This document shows, one piece after another, positions 51,647 through 64,000 of a stretch of 64,000 nt of DNA. The notes beneath the pieces were generated by a model. The model saw only the letters and a list, made by a program, of their open reading frames with translations. It did no database searches and had not been told where the DNA came from. Position 1 is the stretch's first letter, and each line of letters starts with the position of its first letter. Source of the stretch: Piromyces finnis finn (lineage: Eukaryota; Fungi; Neocallimastigomycota); the NCBI GenBank assembly GCA_002104945.1, contig MCFH01000061.1:124001-188000 (forward strand). Direction: 5' to 3'. Position numbers and translations under genes: made by a program.

Positions 51647-53053
51647 TGGTCAAAAAAGTTTCACTAACAACCAATCTTAAATACAAATTATTTAATACCA
51701 CTAGGTTAGGTGTGAAGATATTAACTGGATTTAAAACAAATTCAGATAATATCTATAATTAATTAAACATAATAACTATAATTAAATAATTTCACTAATT
51801 ATTTTAAAACACTTTTAAAAGTCACCTTTTAAATTTTGATTCAGTGAAAGGGTTATGATTTCAAAAATTTAATATCAATACACTATAACCCTTAGCCAAA
51901 AATAAGCAAGTACGAAATAAGGCGTAACTCGCCAAAAACGATCGCTACGGCTGTGGAATATATCTTTGAAACTAGGTTTGTTAGAAAGCTTAGGAAGAAA
52001 GCTACAATTTGGTACAATCGCGGTCCTTCTAACTGATCATTTAAGGTTATGATCATTTAAAGATTTTAATAGGTAAATTAAAATCAATATGATATCAAGT
52101 ATGGATCAAAAATATTTCTTATGACTTGATGAAATTAAAAATATATTAATAGGAATTTTAGTTATATTAATTTAATTAATGATAACGACTGTTACTAAAA
52201 ATAGAACTAGACCCATTTAGGTGTAACAGTTAACACCTATAAATTAAATAATCTTAATTATTATAAAATAGGTTAACGGCAAGTTTTATTAGAAATGTAA
52301 AAATTTTAAAATTTAAAACAGATTATAAAATTTTTTACAATAAAACAAAAACACTAAATAAAATAAAAAGTTAAAAACAAAACAAAATTTATTTATATCC
52401 TCTTTTATTTATTCTTATTTAGTTATTAACTAAACTATAGTCAATAACAATTACATCGTTTAACTATGAAATTTTACATGTATTTATATTTTTTACAAAT
52501 TATATTTTAATATACTATTCTATTTAATTATACATATATTCAATATAAAATAAACAAAACTAATTTAATACTAATTTAATTAAATAATAAAATAATAAAA
52601 CTAAACTAAAACTAATTAAATACACTTTTGATTCAATTTGAGTAAACTACAAATTAAATACAGTCCATGTATTACCTATATATTAATTAAATATTAATAA
52701 TACTATTTATTATATATTTACTATTAAAAAATACTAATTTAAAACTACGCTAAAGTTATTAAACTATTTTTAATTAAATAAGAACTTTTTAAGATTTAAT
52801 TTGAATATTTAAAATATTTAAATTTAATTATCCATTAATTTAAATATTTATCCAAATTTCATTTCCAATTTTGATATTTTAAAATTAATATTTATTTAAT
52901 TATTCCTTAAAATTTATATAATAAATTTTATAAATAATTTTTCATTAAAATATCAAAATTATTATTTAATAATTATTAATTAATTATTAAATAATTTAAA
53001 GATATATATTATATCTTTACAATCTCGCCCTTTAAAGTCGAGCTCCTGCGAGA

Positions 53054-56000
53054 TCATTTCTTTGAAGGAATATCAATTACAAATGGTTGATATCTATGTT
53101 TGATCATACCATTGTTATTCCTTGTATAGACTTGATCTTGACTTTCTTTTCTAGACTTTTTATTTTTTCTATAAAATTCTTGGATCAATTGTACATCTGT
53201 AATTTGATCTTCCGGGATCCAAGTATTTTCGTCAAGATTTTTCCATGTCATCAAGAAAGATTTCTTTCCATGATAATTTCTTTCTTGAATAATCTTATCA
53301 GGAATCCTATCAATAGTATCAGTAGTTAACTTAACATTTTTTCTTTTATTCATTACTGATCTATTTACAAATTCATTTTCGTTATAAGGTTCTAATAACG
53401 AAACATGAAAAACAGGGTGGCAACGTAAATTGTTTGGTAGTTTTAATTCAAATGCTAAAGGGCTTACCTTCTTGATTATTTCAAAAGGTCCAAGCATTTG
53501 ATCAGCAAGTTTTCTTTTGATATTTTTATTTGAAGGATTAATACCTTTTAATAACCAAACTTTTTTACCAACTTCGAAATCTGGGGATTCCATTCTCTTT
53601 TGATCAGCATACTTTTTGTAGGTTTCTTTTGCTTGATCAAGATTTACTTTTAAAAATTTAATGTTTTCAGTAATATCCAAAATTCTTTGTTCAGCTCTAT
53701 TTGGTCTATTCGCTGAAGGGATTTCAGGGTTAAATTTTGGATTGAACCCATAATTAGCGAAAAACGGAGATTGATTGATTGATTGCTGTAAAGTATTGTT
53801 ATAAGAAAATTCAGCAAAAGGTAACAAGTCAACCCAATTATTCTGTTTTTCGTTAATAAAACAACGGAGATATTGTTCCAATATCCCGTTTACCCTCTCC
53901 GTTTGACCATCCGTTTCAGGATGGTTTGCAGTAGAAAAAGCAAGTTTAATATTTAACAAATTACATAAACGATTCCAAAAGTCTGAGGTAAATTGAGTAC
54001 CTCGATCAGAAATGATGGAATCAGGAAAACCATGTAATTTAAAGATATTGTTAACAAAAACATCAGCTGCTATAGAAGCAGTAGGCAAACATCTTAAAGG
54101 AATAAAATGAGCCATTTTTGTTAGCCTATCTACTATAACCATAATGGTAGTCATGTCTTTGGATTTTGGAAGCTCGACAATAAAATCCATTGACAATTCC
54201 GACCAAGCTCTATTAGGTGTGGAAAGAGGAGAAAGCAAACCATATGGTTTATGTCTTGGAATTTTAGCTTTACAACAAGTTTCACAAGACTTTATAAACT
54301 TTTTAACATCATAACTAAACTTTGGCCACCAAAAATTTCTACTAATTAATTCAATAGTTTTATTAACACCAAAGTGACCAGCAGAAATAGAATCATGATG
54401 TAATTCTAAGACCCTAGTTCTTAGTGAAGAAGGAACATAAATTAAATTATCATAAAGTAAAAATCCTTCTTTATCAATTTTAACTTTATTAATATTCCTA
54501 ATCGGAGGGGACGAAGAATTTTTATCATTAAGAAATACACAAACTTTATTATGTAAATCATCATTTTTTAAGGAACATAGAATAGAATTAATTAAAGAAT
54601 CATCTTTATTAAAAGAATTAATTACATTACATGAAATAAAATTACAACTAAAATTACTACATTCAATATTTTCATTAATCCTATCATTATTATAAATATT
54701 ACAGATATGATCACTACGTCTGGATAACAAATCAGGTTTACCAGACTTTTTTCCAGCTCTATAAATTAACTTAAAATCATATCTTGATAAAAATTCATAC
54801 CATCTTATCTGTCGTTGTGAGAGCATCTCAGGCTTTCTTGGAAAGGTTAAATTCTTATGATCAGTATAAATGATGAACTGATGCTTTGCACCTTCCAGAT
54901 AATGCCTCCATTCTTCAAGAGCCACTTTGATAGCGAGCAACTCTTTATCATAAATTTGATAGTTTCTTTGAGACTTGGTTAAGCTAGATGAAATAAAAGC
55001 AATAGGGTGCAATTGCCCTTCAAATTCTTGTGAAAGAATTGCACCGACAGCAAAGTTACTAGCGTCAGTCTCAACAATAAAAGGTTTGTTGCTATCAGGG
55101 TTCATTAAGATAGGAGCTGAAGTAAAAGCCTTTTTAAGTGTAACAAATGCATTTTGACACTCAGAAACCCAATTAAAAGGAACATTTTTCCTAGTAAGTT
55201 TGTGTAGAGGACTAGCAATTTTCGCAAAGTCTTTAATAAAAATTCTATAATAATTACATAATCCAATAAAGGATTGAACTTCTTTAACGTTTGTAGGAAC
55301 AGGCCAGTCGAGGATAGCTTTAACTTTATCTCTATCCATTTTCAGACCATCTTTGGATAATACATAACCAAGGAAAGTGGTTTCTGAAACATCAAACTCA
55401 CACTTCTCTAACTTAACATATAAATTATTTTCTAATAATTTTTTCAATACTTTTTTAACATGTTCATGATGTTCTTCTAGGCTATTTGAATATATTAGAA
55501 TATCATCAATATATGATATAGCAAAATCATCTAAGTAATCACTAAGGACATCATTTATGAAATGTTGAAACGTAGCTGGTGCATTCTTTAAACCAAAAGG
55601 CATGACGAGATATTCAAAATGCCCATATCTTGTTCTAAAGGCAGTTTTGTATTCATCACCCTCTTTGATTCTAACTAAATTATAAGCAGACTTTAAGTCC
55701 AACTTAGTAAAGTATTTTGCACCTTTCACTCTATCCAATAAGTCACCAATTAACGGAAGAAGATATGAATTTCTAATTGTCATGTCATTAAGTTTCCTAT
55801 AATCAACGCAAAGTCTTAATGATCCATCTTTCTTTTTGACAAATAAAACTGGTGCACCGGCAGGAGATGAAGATTTCCTAATGAAACCTTTTTCTAAATT
55901 TTCATTGATATAATTTTTTAATTCATCTCTCTCTGCCTCAGTTAAAGGATAAAGAGGACCATAAAACAAGTTAGCATTATCCTTTAATCGGATTTCACAA

Positions 56001-58712
56001 TCGTATTCACGATGTGGAGGTAAAATATTACAATTCTTTTCATTAAAAACCTCTTTAAATAATAAATATTGTTTTGGAATTTCAATAGATTTTTTATCTT
56101 TATTCAAATTATCACTTTCACTTTTACATTTATTAATAATATTACAAAATAAATCATTACAGTTACTAACTGAATTTAATACACGAGAATTATTATTATT
56201 ACACACGTTTTTTGAAAATGAGTACTGTTTTGGTCCAGTGACCGAATTATTATCTTTATTTAAATTTTCATCAATACAATTAATGTTATTACATATACAT
56301 TTAAAAATAAAATTATTATCATTATTATTATTTAAACTGTTACTACATTTAATTTTATCCAAACTATCTAATTTACTAATGGTTTTAACAGAGGTTCTTC
56401 GACCTCTAATATTAACAGTTTCCTCGTCATCACTGGAGTCACAATAAGAGGATTCGTCATATTCGGGGGAACCAAGGTCACTACAATAGGATTGTTCGTT
56501 TTCCCTATCCAAGACAGCTTCTTTCCCTTTTCTTGATGATGTCATAGATTCCCTATTCTTATTGATTGTGCCCTTATTTTTCCTTTTACCTACATTACAG
56601 TGTCGAGCACAGTATCCGGAGCTAAAGGCAATTTTGGAGGAATCGTGATAATAAACCGGACAATGTTTCTCGATCCAAGGTACTCCAAGAATTATATCAA
56701 CTTCAGGAATTCTAAGTGCATATAATTGAATGATTTCGTAATGATTTCTCAAACGAAGGATGCACTTTTCGGATTCCTTTTTCACGGTAGATGTACCTTG
56801 CCCTAAACCAGAAACCTTGAAAGATTCAGCAATATTTGAAAGTTTAATATTATTGACTCGGGCGAACTCGGAGTGGATGAAATTAAGATCGGAACCAGAA
56901 TCAATATGTAAAAGTATAAAATTTAAAACAGATTTCATACTTAAAACAAAACAATTTTTATTAACACAAAAATAAAAAAATAAAACATTAAATTTTTATT
57001 TTAAAAATCATTTTATTTAAAACTCTTAAAAAGATTATTAACTATATAATAGTTAATAATTAAAAAATTGAAAATAACAATTACATCGATTTAACAAATA
57101 AAAATTACATGTATTTATATTTTTTCATAATTATATTCTAATATATTATTCTATTTAAATAAACATATATTTAATATAAAATAAACAAAACTAATTTAAT
57201 TAAATAATAAAATAACAGAACTAAACTAAACTAATTCATTATACTTTTAATTCAATTTGAGTAAACTCAAAATTGAATAAAGCCCATGTATTTTCTATAA
57301 ATTAATTTAATATTATCAATACTATTCTTAATATATTTCCTATTGAAATATAAATAAATCTATTTTTAAAACTAAGTTAAAATTATTAAACTATTCTAAA
57401 TTTAAATAAAAAAGTATAATCTATTCTAAAATTAAATAAAAAGTATTTAAAAAATATTTTAATTATTTTAAATATTTGAAATATTTAAATTTAATTAAAA
57501 TTCTTTTATTCCTTAAATTTAAATATTTATCTTAATTTAAATTTTACGGAATTATTATAAAATAATTTATTATTAAATTATTCCATAAAATTTACTCAAA
57601 AATTTTATAATCAGTTTTACTAAATATTAATTTATTATTTAATAATTAATAATTAATTATTAAATAATCTAAAGATATATATTATATCTTTACACAATAA
57701 GTACCTTAGCCTTGACTTCATCAATATCATTGGTTTTGATATAAAAATAAATGATATTTTTCTTTTCACCTTTATGAATTTCGAATATGTTTGAAGTTCC
57801 CTTGGAATTAAGATTATCCTTTTTAATTTTCTTGATTGAAGGGCTAGCTTCGTCTTCTGAATAGCATCTCTTGATAATTTTTACATTTTTTGGTTTCTTT
57901 TTGTTTGGACAATTGAATTGAAAGTGTCTAGACTTTCCACAAGTAAAGCAAACTCCCTTCTTCTTAGCCTCAGTGCGATTTATTTTATTTTCATCATAAT
58001 TACTTCTATGAGGAGGGAAGTAATTAACCTTTCTTTGACCTAAACTGATCCTATATAAGTCCACATCCATAGGATCATTTTGGTTATAATTTCTTCGGTC
58101 TTGATGCGTCATGTAATATTCACTGATATCATTTCTCTTAGTAAGATTTTCAATACTAAGGACATCAGAATAAAGACGCTCTAATTGAGAGGGATTTGGA
58201 TTCACTACAGCTAAATGTTCACGCATTTTTGGATGTAATCCTTTTGTGAACATGTATATTTTTGCTGCTTCATTGAAATTCGAATTTTGGCTAACGCGTT
58301 GAAATTCGTTAATGTATTCGAACACCTTGCCAAATTTTCTTTGTTTAATGTTGCAAAGTCTTCCATTTGCAACAATCGTATCATTATTCGGATCCCCGAA
58401 ATTGGTACGAAGGGCAGTAATAAATTGATCATAGTTCCTTAGAACGGCGTCGTTATTTTGTCTTAAACGGGCGGCCCATTCTAAAGGTCTATTAACAAAG
58501 TAGGATATCAAGAAGCGGACTCTCGCTTCATCATTAACGAATCTATCAGGGTTAGCTTCAATAGCTAGCTCAACCCTAGTCAAGAACCCGTCTAGTTCTT
58601 GTCTGCGGCCTGTGAAAACCGGAGGATCATTAACTATCCTCAAGGACGCTCCTTGGCGTTCCATGTTTTCGTTTAAGTGTAATTTATCTAAGAGATGGTT
58701 TATTTCTTCCAA
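53054..58712 (-). pseudogene. Single-frame Gag-Pol (about 1620 aa once the insertion is removed), split inside the protease motif
   Basis: Gag with CCHC knuckle (57695-58712) rejoins pol (53054-56901) in frame as KVLI-DSGS; YIDD, ETDAS, HHCC, LGPF; C-terminal chromodomain-like IPDKII...FLMTWKNLDENTWIPE. Confidence 0.93.
56907..57694 (-). mobile_element. Solo I-like LTR with TSD CAATA inserted in the protease codons
   Basis: CAATA at 56902-56906 and 57695-57699; starts TGTAAAGATATAAT like the host LTR but is diverged. Confidence 0.9.
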
Positions 58713-58906
58713 TATGATTATGTTATAAATATTTAATTTTTTATAATATTTTAGTTAAGATGTCGTCGTAACTCTATCCTGTCAAACGGTGTTAGACGAG
58801 CTCTTAAAAATATTATAACAAAATTAAATATATTCAATATATATGGAAGACCTTTGAGTAACAAGCACCAAGTTAACTAGCCCTCAGAAGGTACGATGAA
58901 ATTCCG

Positions 58907-59145
58907 AAACGCGGTAGATTTTCCTAAAAACGCGGTAGATTCCCTATACACACAGTAGATTTTCCTAGAAACGCGGTAGATTCCCTATACACACAGTAGA
59001 TTTTCCTAAAAACGCGGTAGATTCCCTATACACACAGTAGATTTTCCTAGAAACGCGGTAGATTCCCTATACACACGGTAGATTTTCCTAGAAACGCGGT
59101 AGATTCCCTATACACACGGTAGATTTTCCTAGAAACGCGGTAGAT
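58907..59145. repeat. 41-bp tandem repeat (about 5.7 copies) in the element I leader
   Basis: GTAGATTTTCCTA(G/A)AAACGCGGTAGATTCCCTATACACAC(A/G) starting at 58914, 58955, 58996, 59037, 59078 and 59119. Confidence 0.95.
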
Positions 59146-60523
59146 ATGAAAAAAATTTAAAATATGTTTTATTAGAAAAATTTTATAACGTGTTTTATTA
59201 TGCAAAAGGTAATTGTTATTGTAAAAATTTTAAAATTTAAAACAGATTATAAAATTTTTTACAATAAAACAAAAACACTAAATAAAATAAAAAATTAAAA
59301 ACAAAACAAAATTTATTTATATCCTCTTTTATTTATTCTTATTTAGTTATTAACTAAACTATAGTCAATAACAATTACATCGTTTAACTATGAAATTTTA
59401 CATGTATTTATATTTTTTACAAATTATATTTTAATATACTATTCTATTTAATTATACATATATTCAATATAAAATAAACAAAACTAATTTAATACTAATT
59501 TAATTAAATAATAAAATAATAAAACTAAACTAAAACTAATTAAGTACACTTTTGATTCAATTTGAGTAAACTACAAATTGAATACAGTCCATGTATTACC
59601 TATATATTAATTAAATATTAGTAATACTATTTATTATATATTTACTATTAAAAAATACTAATTTAAAACTACGCTAAAGTTATTAAACTATTTTTAATTA
59701 AATAAGAACTTTTTAAGATTTAATTTGAATATTTAAAATATTTAAATTTAATTATCCATTAATTTAAATATTTATCCAAATTTCATTTCTAACTCTGATA
59801 TTTTAAAATTAATCTTTATTTAATTATTCCATAAAATTTATATGATAAATTTTATAAATAATTTTTCATTAAAATATCAAAATTATTATTTAATAATTAT
59901 TAATTAATTATTAAATAATTTAAAGATATATATTATATCTTTACAAGAAATAATTTTGAAAATAATAATTATTTAATTATAACAAATATGTTATGTTAAT
60001 ATCAATTAATAATGATGAATTATTAATTGAATAGTTTTTATAATTACTAATTAGGATCAAATGTTTAAATGATTAATCATATGTTTATTTTACTTTATGT
60101 CATGACAAACAAACAAACAAACAATCTTATTACTTATTTAATTATATTATTAATATATTACATGTAATACTTTATTCTTATTAATATCAATTTAATAATC
60201 TGAACAAAGAATATAAAAGAGAATGAATGGAATTCGATTTTAATTCTTTGTAAAGATTATAGTTATAATCTTAATTATATAGTTACTTATAATATCATTT
60301 ATATTATTATTATTAAATAAATAAAAATTTATAAAAAGTTATTTTAAAAGTAAATATAAATTTTTCATTTTTCATTTGGAAGTTTAAAGTGTTATTTTAT
60401 TATCAAATTTAATTTCTTAAAAAACATATTTACTATATAATTAATAACATTCTGACCTGGCCGCATAACCAAACCCAAAAACTTAACAATAATCTTTACC
60501 CGCTGTTTAGTGACTACTTTAGA

Positions 60524-61531
60524 ATGTTCACTCCGGTTCCTAATTTCCCAGACGAGGTAAACCAACTAAGAGAGGATGCTACTCAGACTGCCAAGGATAT
60601 CATTGAGGGTATCAATGAAAATTTGGTTTTCCGTGAAGATTTTCAAAATTTTTCCAATGATGTGAATAATCGTTTGAATGAAATCATGGGTGTATTAACC
60701 AATATGAATAATAATCAAACTGCTCAGAATGAAGATGAACAACCATTGTTACATACCAACTATGATAGGATAGCTACTCCAAGACCTACTGTCTTTAGAG
60801 ATGATGAATCTACTTCAACAAAATTTGATTTGGATCATGATGTTATCATGAGAGGCCGTTTTGCTACTCCAATCACTCAAGTGCCAGATCCAAGTATGTT
60901 CTCCGGTAAGACTAGTGATACCGATTTGTTTTGTCAATTATGTGAAGATACTTTTAAAACTCTACCAAATCGAACTTTACCAGAAGAAACAAAAATTAAT
61001 TTTGTACAATTCCGTCTTCGTGATGCTGCTAGAAATTGGTATCTTGCCAAGTACAAGGATAATATTTATCCATCTACCATGCAAGAATTGTTGGATGGAT
61101 TAAGAATTGCTTTCTCGAATGTAGCTAAAATCAAAATAATGCGTTTAAAACAACAATATGGTAAAATAAATGATTATATCGAGGAATTCCGCTCTCTTTC
61201 ACAACAATTTAAATGGAATGAAGAAGCATTTTCTTTAATCTTTTATAATGGTTTACATCCTAAATATCAGGAAGAAATTGAAAAGATGGAGGTATTTCCA
61301 ACCACCATGGAGTCCATTATAACTAGATGTATTTTGATCGAAAGTTCTCTTTCTACAAAGAATAAGATTATCCAGTCTTCCAACTCTAAATCTAACAAGA
61401 AAAGAAATTCACATTTCAACCACCACAGATCATACAACAACAACAACAATAACAACAATAACTTCCAAAAATATAATAATAATTACAATAACAACAATTA
61501 TAAAGCTCAAAAAATTAGTTCAAAAAACTAA
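60524..61531 (+). CDS. Gag, 335 aa (family H)
   Basis: Homologous to F gag (DHDVIMR, QVPDP, KINFV..RLRDAARNWY); ends A AAA AAC TAA. Confidence 0.88.
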   Translation: MFTPVPNFPDEVNQLREDATQTAKDIIEGINENLVFREDFQNFSNDVNNRLNEIMGVLTNMNNNQTAQNEDEQPLLHTNYDRIATPRPTVFRDDESTSTKFDLDHDVIMRGRFATPITQVPDPSMFSGKTSDTDLFCQLCEDTFKTLPNRTLPEETKINFVQFRLRDAARNWYLAKYKDNIYPSTMQELLDGLRIAFSNVAKIKIMRLKQQYGKINDYIEEFRSLSQQFKWNEEAFSLIFYNGLHPKYQEEIEKMEVFPTTMESIITRCILIESSLSTKNKIIQSSNSKSNKKRNSHFNHHRSYNNNNNNNNNFQKYNNNYNNNNYKAQKISSKN

Positions 61532-61907
61532 ATAAAGGACTTCCATTGAAGTCCCATCACCACTCGAATACAAAAATATTAAACTACACTTTTCCCACTA
61601 TCAACAAAGATAATACATTACCTTCAACATTTTTTACTTTTAATACATATGTATTATCCAATAATGGAGGTACAAATAATGTACATAATAAAATTGTATG
61701 TACATCACTATTAGATAGTGGATCTTATTGTAATTTTATGTCGTACAAACTATTACGTACATTACAATTACATCCTCATAAAATTAATAATGTTATCACT
61801 TTACAAGGTATCAGTGGTACTTCAATTGAACTTGATGAATATATCAACCTAAACTTTCAGTTAAAACTATTTATCAACAATAAATTCCATTTCATCAATT
61901 TCAAAGA
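61528..61907 (+). pseudogene. Pol N-terminus with protease (LLDSGS), truncated by an I-type LTR fragment (~61908-61996)
   Basis: -1 frame relative to gag; aligns with the F protease. Confidence 0.8.
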
Positions 61908-62229
61908 AATAATTTTTCATTAAAATATAAAAATTATTATTTAATAATTATTAATTAATTATTAAATAATTTAAAGATATATTTTATATCTTTACAAATA
62001 TAAAATAAAATTTATAAAAAAATGATGAAAAATTTGAAAAATTTTATTAAATTTTTTATTCAAAGAAAATAAAAAAAATAAAATAGATGAGATAGAATTC
62101 GTCTTCAGTTTATTAATGTGTGTTTTTCTTGATTTTTTAATATAATGGTCGTTATTTTTATATATTTTTATAGAGAGTACAAATAGGGCATCATATTTTT
62201 AATATGAACATTACATTCTAGTATTTTAT

Positions 62230-62928
62230 GCGTGTCTAGTGTCTCTAAAACTAAAGTGTTGAATTTTGATACTTTCTTTACTTTAAATGGTTCTAAAAGA
62301 ATGGATCTAATTTTTCCTACCTATATATCTTACCAACACTTGATCATCTGGCTTGTACCGATGTTGAATAGACTTTACTGGTTCATTTCTTTGAAGCCAG
62401 TAATCGTGGGCTTGCTTGATATTTTCTGTAGCTTCTTGTACCCAATTCTGGTGTCTGACAAAATGTCTAAAATTGTATTCTTCGTTAGATTCGTCCTTTT
62501 TTTTGGAATATCTGGTAGCAATACACTTAGAGGCCATAAGTCTTTTCTTCCATATAAAAGTTCGAAACTACTAAATCCTGTAACTTTCGAACGAGATGTA
62601 CACAGAGCCCATAAGGTTGCAGAAAGTATTCGTCCCAATTTTCTTGATTTTTGCATAAGTGTCGAAGTATTTTTATTATTTCTCTATTTCTGTTTTTGAC
62701 TTGTCCATTAGCTTCAGGATGATGTAGTGCAACGAATTGAACTCAGGAACCATATAAGTCTATCATTGTTTTTGTTATATCTGAAGTGAATTGACTTCCA
62801 TTATCTGTGACAATTATTTCTGGGACGCCATGTCTTGCAAAGATGTCTTTTAAGAAATAACTAACGTCTTGACTTTCAATTTTTTTTAAGGGAGTGTAGT
62901 TATTATTCATCACAAACAAGTGAAACAC
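62230..62928 (-). pseudogene. Gypsy integrase remnant of another lineage
   Basis: IFARHGVPEIIVTDNGSQFTS...HPEANGQV...TGFSSFELLYGR, with stops and frameshifts. Confidence 0.8.
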
Positions 62929-63007
62929 TTTATAAAATTATTTAAATAAAAAAAATGAATATTATTATCTTTGTAGTTTCATAATCCAAGATTCAAAAAT
63001 ACTATTA

Positions 63008-63079
63008 AGGGGCGTTCCGGATTTGAACCGAAGACCTATTGATCTGCAGTCAATTGCTCTACCGCTGAGCTAACACCCC
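63008..63079 (-). tRNA. tRNA-Cys (GCA)
   Basis: GGGGTGT/ACGCCCC acceptor, ATTGA-CTGCAGA-TCAAT, TTCAAAT T-loop, U discriminator. Confidence 0.95.
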
Positions 63080-63093
63080 TTTTATCTGCATTG

Positions 63094-63651
63094 TGATACG
63101 TAGAAAATATTATCTTAATTCTATAAATGAATATAGAAAGTGATAATATTTGTATCTAAAAAATAATATTTAATAAATAAAATTTAAAGAAAATAAAAAT
63201 AAATGATTTTTATACTTGTTCATTTTCAAGTATTAGTTAGTTTTATAAAATATAGTTTATTTAATTATAAATTTTGATATTTAATAACTCTAGTATTATT
63301 AAATATATATTTTATTATGAATACATCTCGGTATGTATGTGAATATAATTATAAGTATTATTTTAATAAATTTAATATTATTATCTAATTTTTCTGGATT
63401 ATTAGGAACATTTTTAAAAATAAGTAATTCTATCACTATTTATACAAAATTATTATTTTAAGATATAATTATAAACAAATATAAACTATTTAATTTAAAA
63501 AGAAATAAACAATTAAATAAACAAAAAGTTTACATTTATAATTTTTAATTTAATAATTTTATACATGTTAAATATTTTAAATTTTTATCTATATTTTAAT
63601 TATTATTATTATTATTATTAATTTATAATTTATAAATTTAATTATTTATCA
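63094..63651 (-). mobile_element. LTR family N, probably the 3' LTR of a decayed element continuing off the right edge; 14 bp upstream of tRNA-Cys
   Basis: TGATA/TATCA ends; copy at 23845-24355; PPT-like AAGGGCGAAGATAT on the minus strand at 63652-63665. Confidence 0.75.
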
Positions 63652-64000
63652 ATATCTTCGCCCTTAAGATATAACTTCGTCCCTTGAAGTTACGAAAGGA
63701 AAAATAATAGATAAAGAATTAAATTTTATAAGTAATTAAAGTTCTTCATTTTATTACTTCTTCTTCTTCTTAGGATTTTCTTTTTTCTTTCTTTATATGC
63801 ATGTTTAATTTTTATTGTCCTCCATTAATTTATTTTTAATATATAATTTTCCGGATAGTTTTTAATAGTAGCTGCAGTGTCTTTTTCAAATAATTTTATT
63901 CTTCATTTATATCCACATTAATTAAAGCTTACTTAAGGTTTATTATTATTTAAAGTTTATTTTCTGATACTTTTATTCCATTATCCACAGATTATTTTGA

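Larger units (their letters stand above)
52296..59945 (-). mobile_element. Full-length Ty3/Gypsy chromovirus-like element family I, TSD AGAAA
   Basis: 726-bp LTRs at 52296-53021 and 59220-59945; AGAAA on both sides; PPT AAAGGGCGAGAT; PBS ATAACAATTAC. Confidence 0.95.
51713..61907 (+). mobile_element. Ty3/Gypsy element family H, 3'-truncated; 5' LTR (51713-52295 plus 59946-60488) split by element I
   Basis: The LTR halves rejoin to match 15071-16143; PBS ATAATCTTTAC 60489-60499; gag followed by -1 frame protease; starts 66 bp upstream of tRNA-Ile copy 4. Confidence 0.88.

Noticed and set aside
58907-59145. CRISPR-like array
   Set aside because: Units are contiguous with no unique spacers, there are no cas genes and the context is eukaryotic.
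63670-64000. Host gene at the right edge
   Set aside because: All frames have stops; the position next to a PPT and LTR indicates a decayed retroelement 3' end.

Overview
Extremely AT-rich eukaryotic DNA with no recognisable host protein gene. Composition, (AAT)n tracts and element types suggest an anaerobic gut fungus (Neocallimastigomycota); this is an inference. The window is a tRNA-gene island: Val-UAC, initiator Met, four intron-containing Ile-UAU copies and Cys-GCA. It is filled with LTR retrotransposons: one intact Ty3/Gypsy (2768-8903), two near-complete Gypsy elements each broken by a single lesion (24356-37366, 52296-59945), a truncated one (51713-61907), one intact Ty1/Copia (31551-36741), several decayed elements and about 25 solo or partial LTRs of about a dozen families. 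Family letters (A-Q) are my own labels. Main patterns: (1) LTRs stack upstream of tRNA genes at two distances, 13-16 bp and 64-66 bp, and the distal class is always in the same orientation; (2) four Gypsy families have no tRNA PBS, only an 11-12 nt PBS complementary to their own LTR about 30 nt downstream of a TATA box (Tf1-type self-priming); (3) three predicted -1 frameshift cassettes; (4) a Copia with TG...TA termini whose PBS matches the anticodon arm of tRNA-Lys(CUU). All analysis was done by eye. Solo-LTR boundaries are best estimates.
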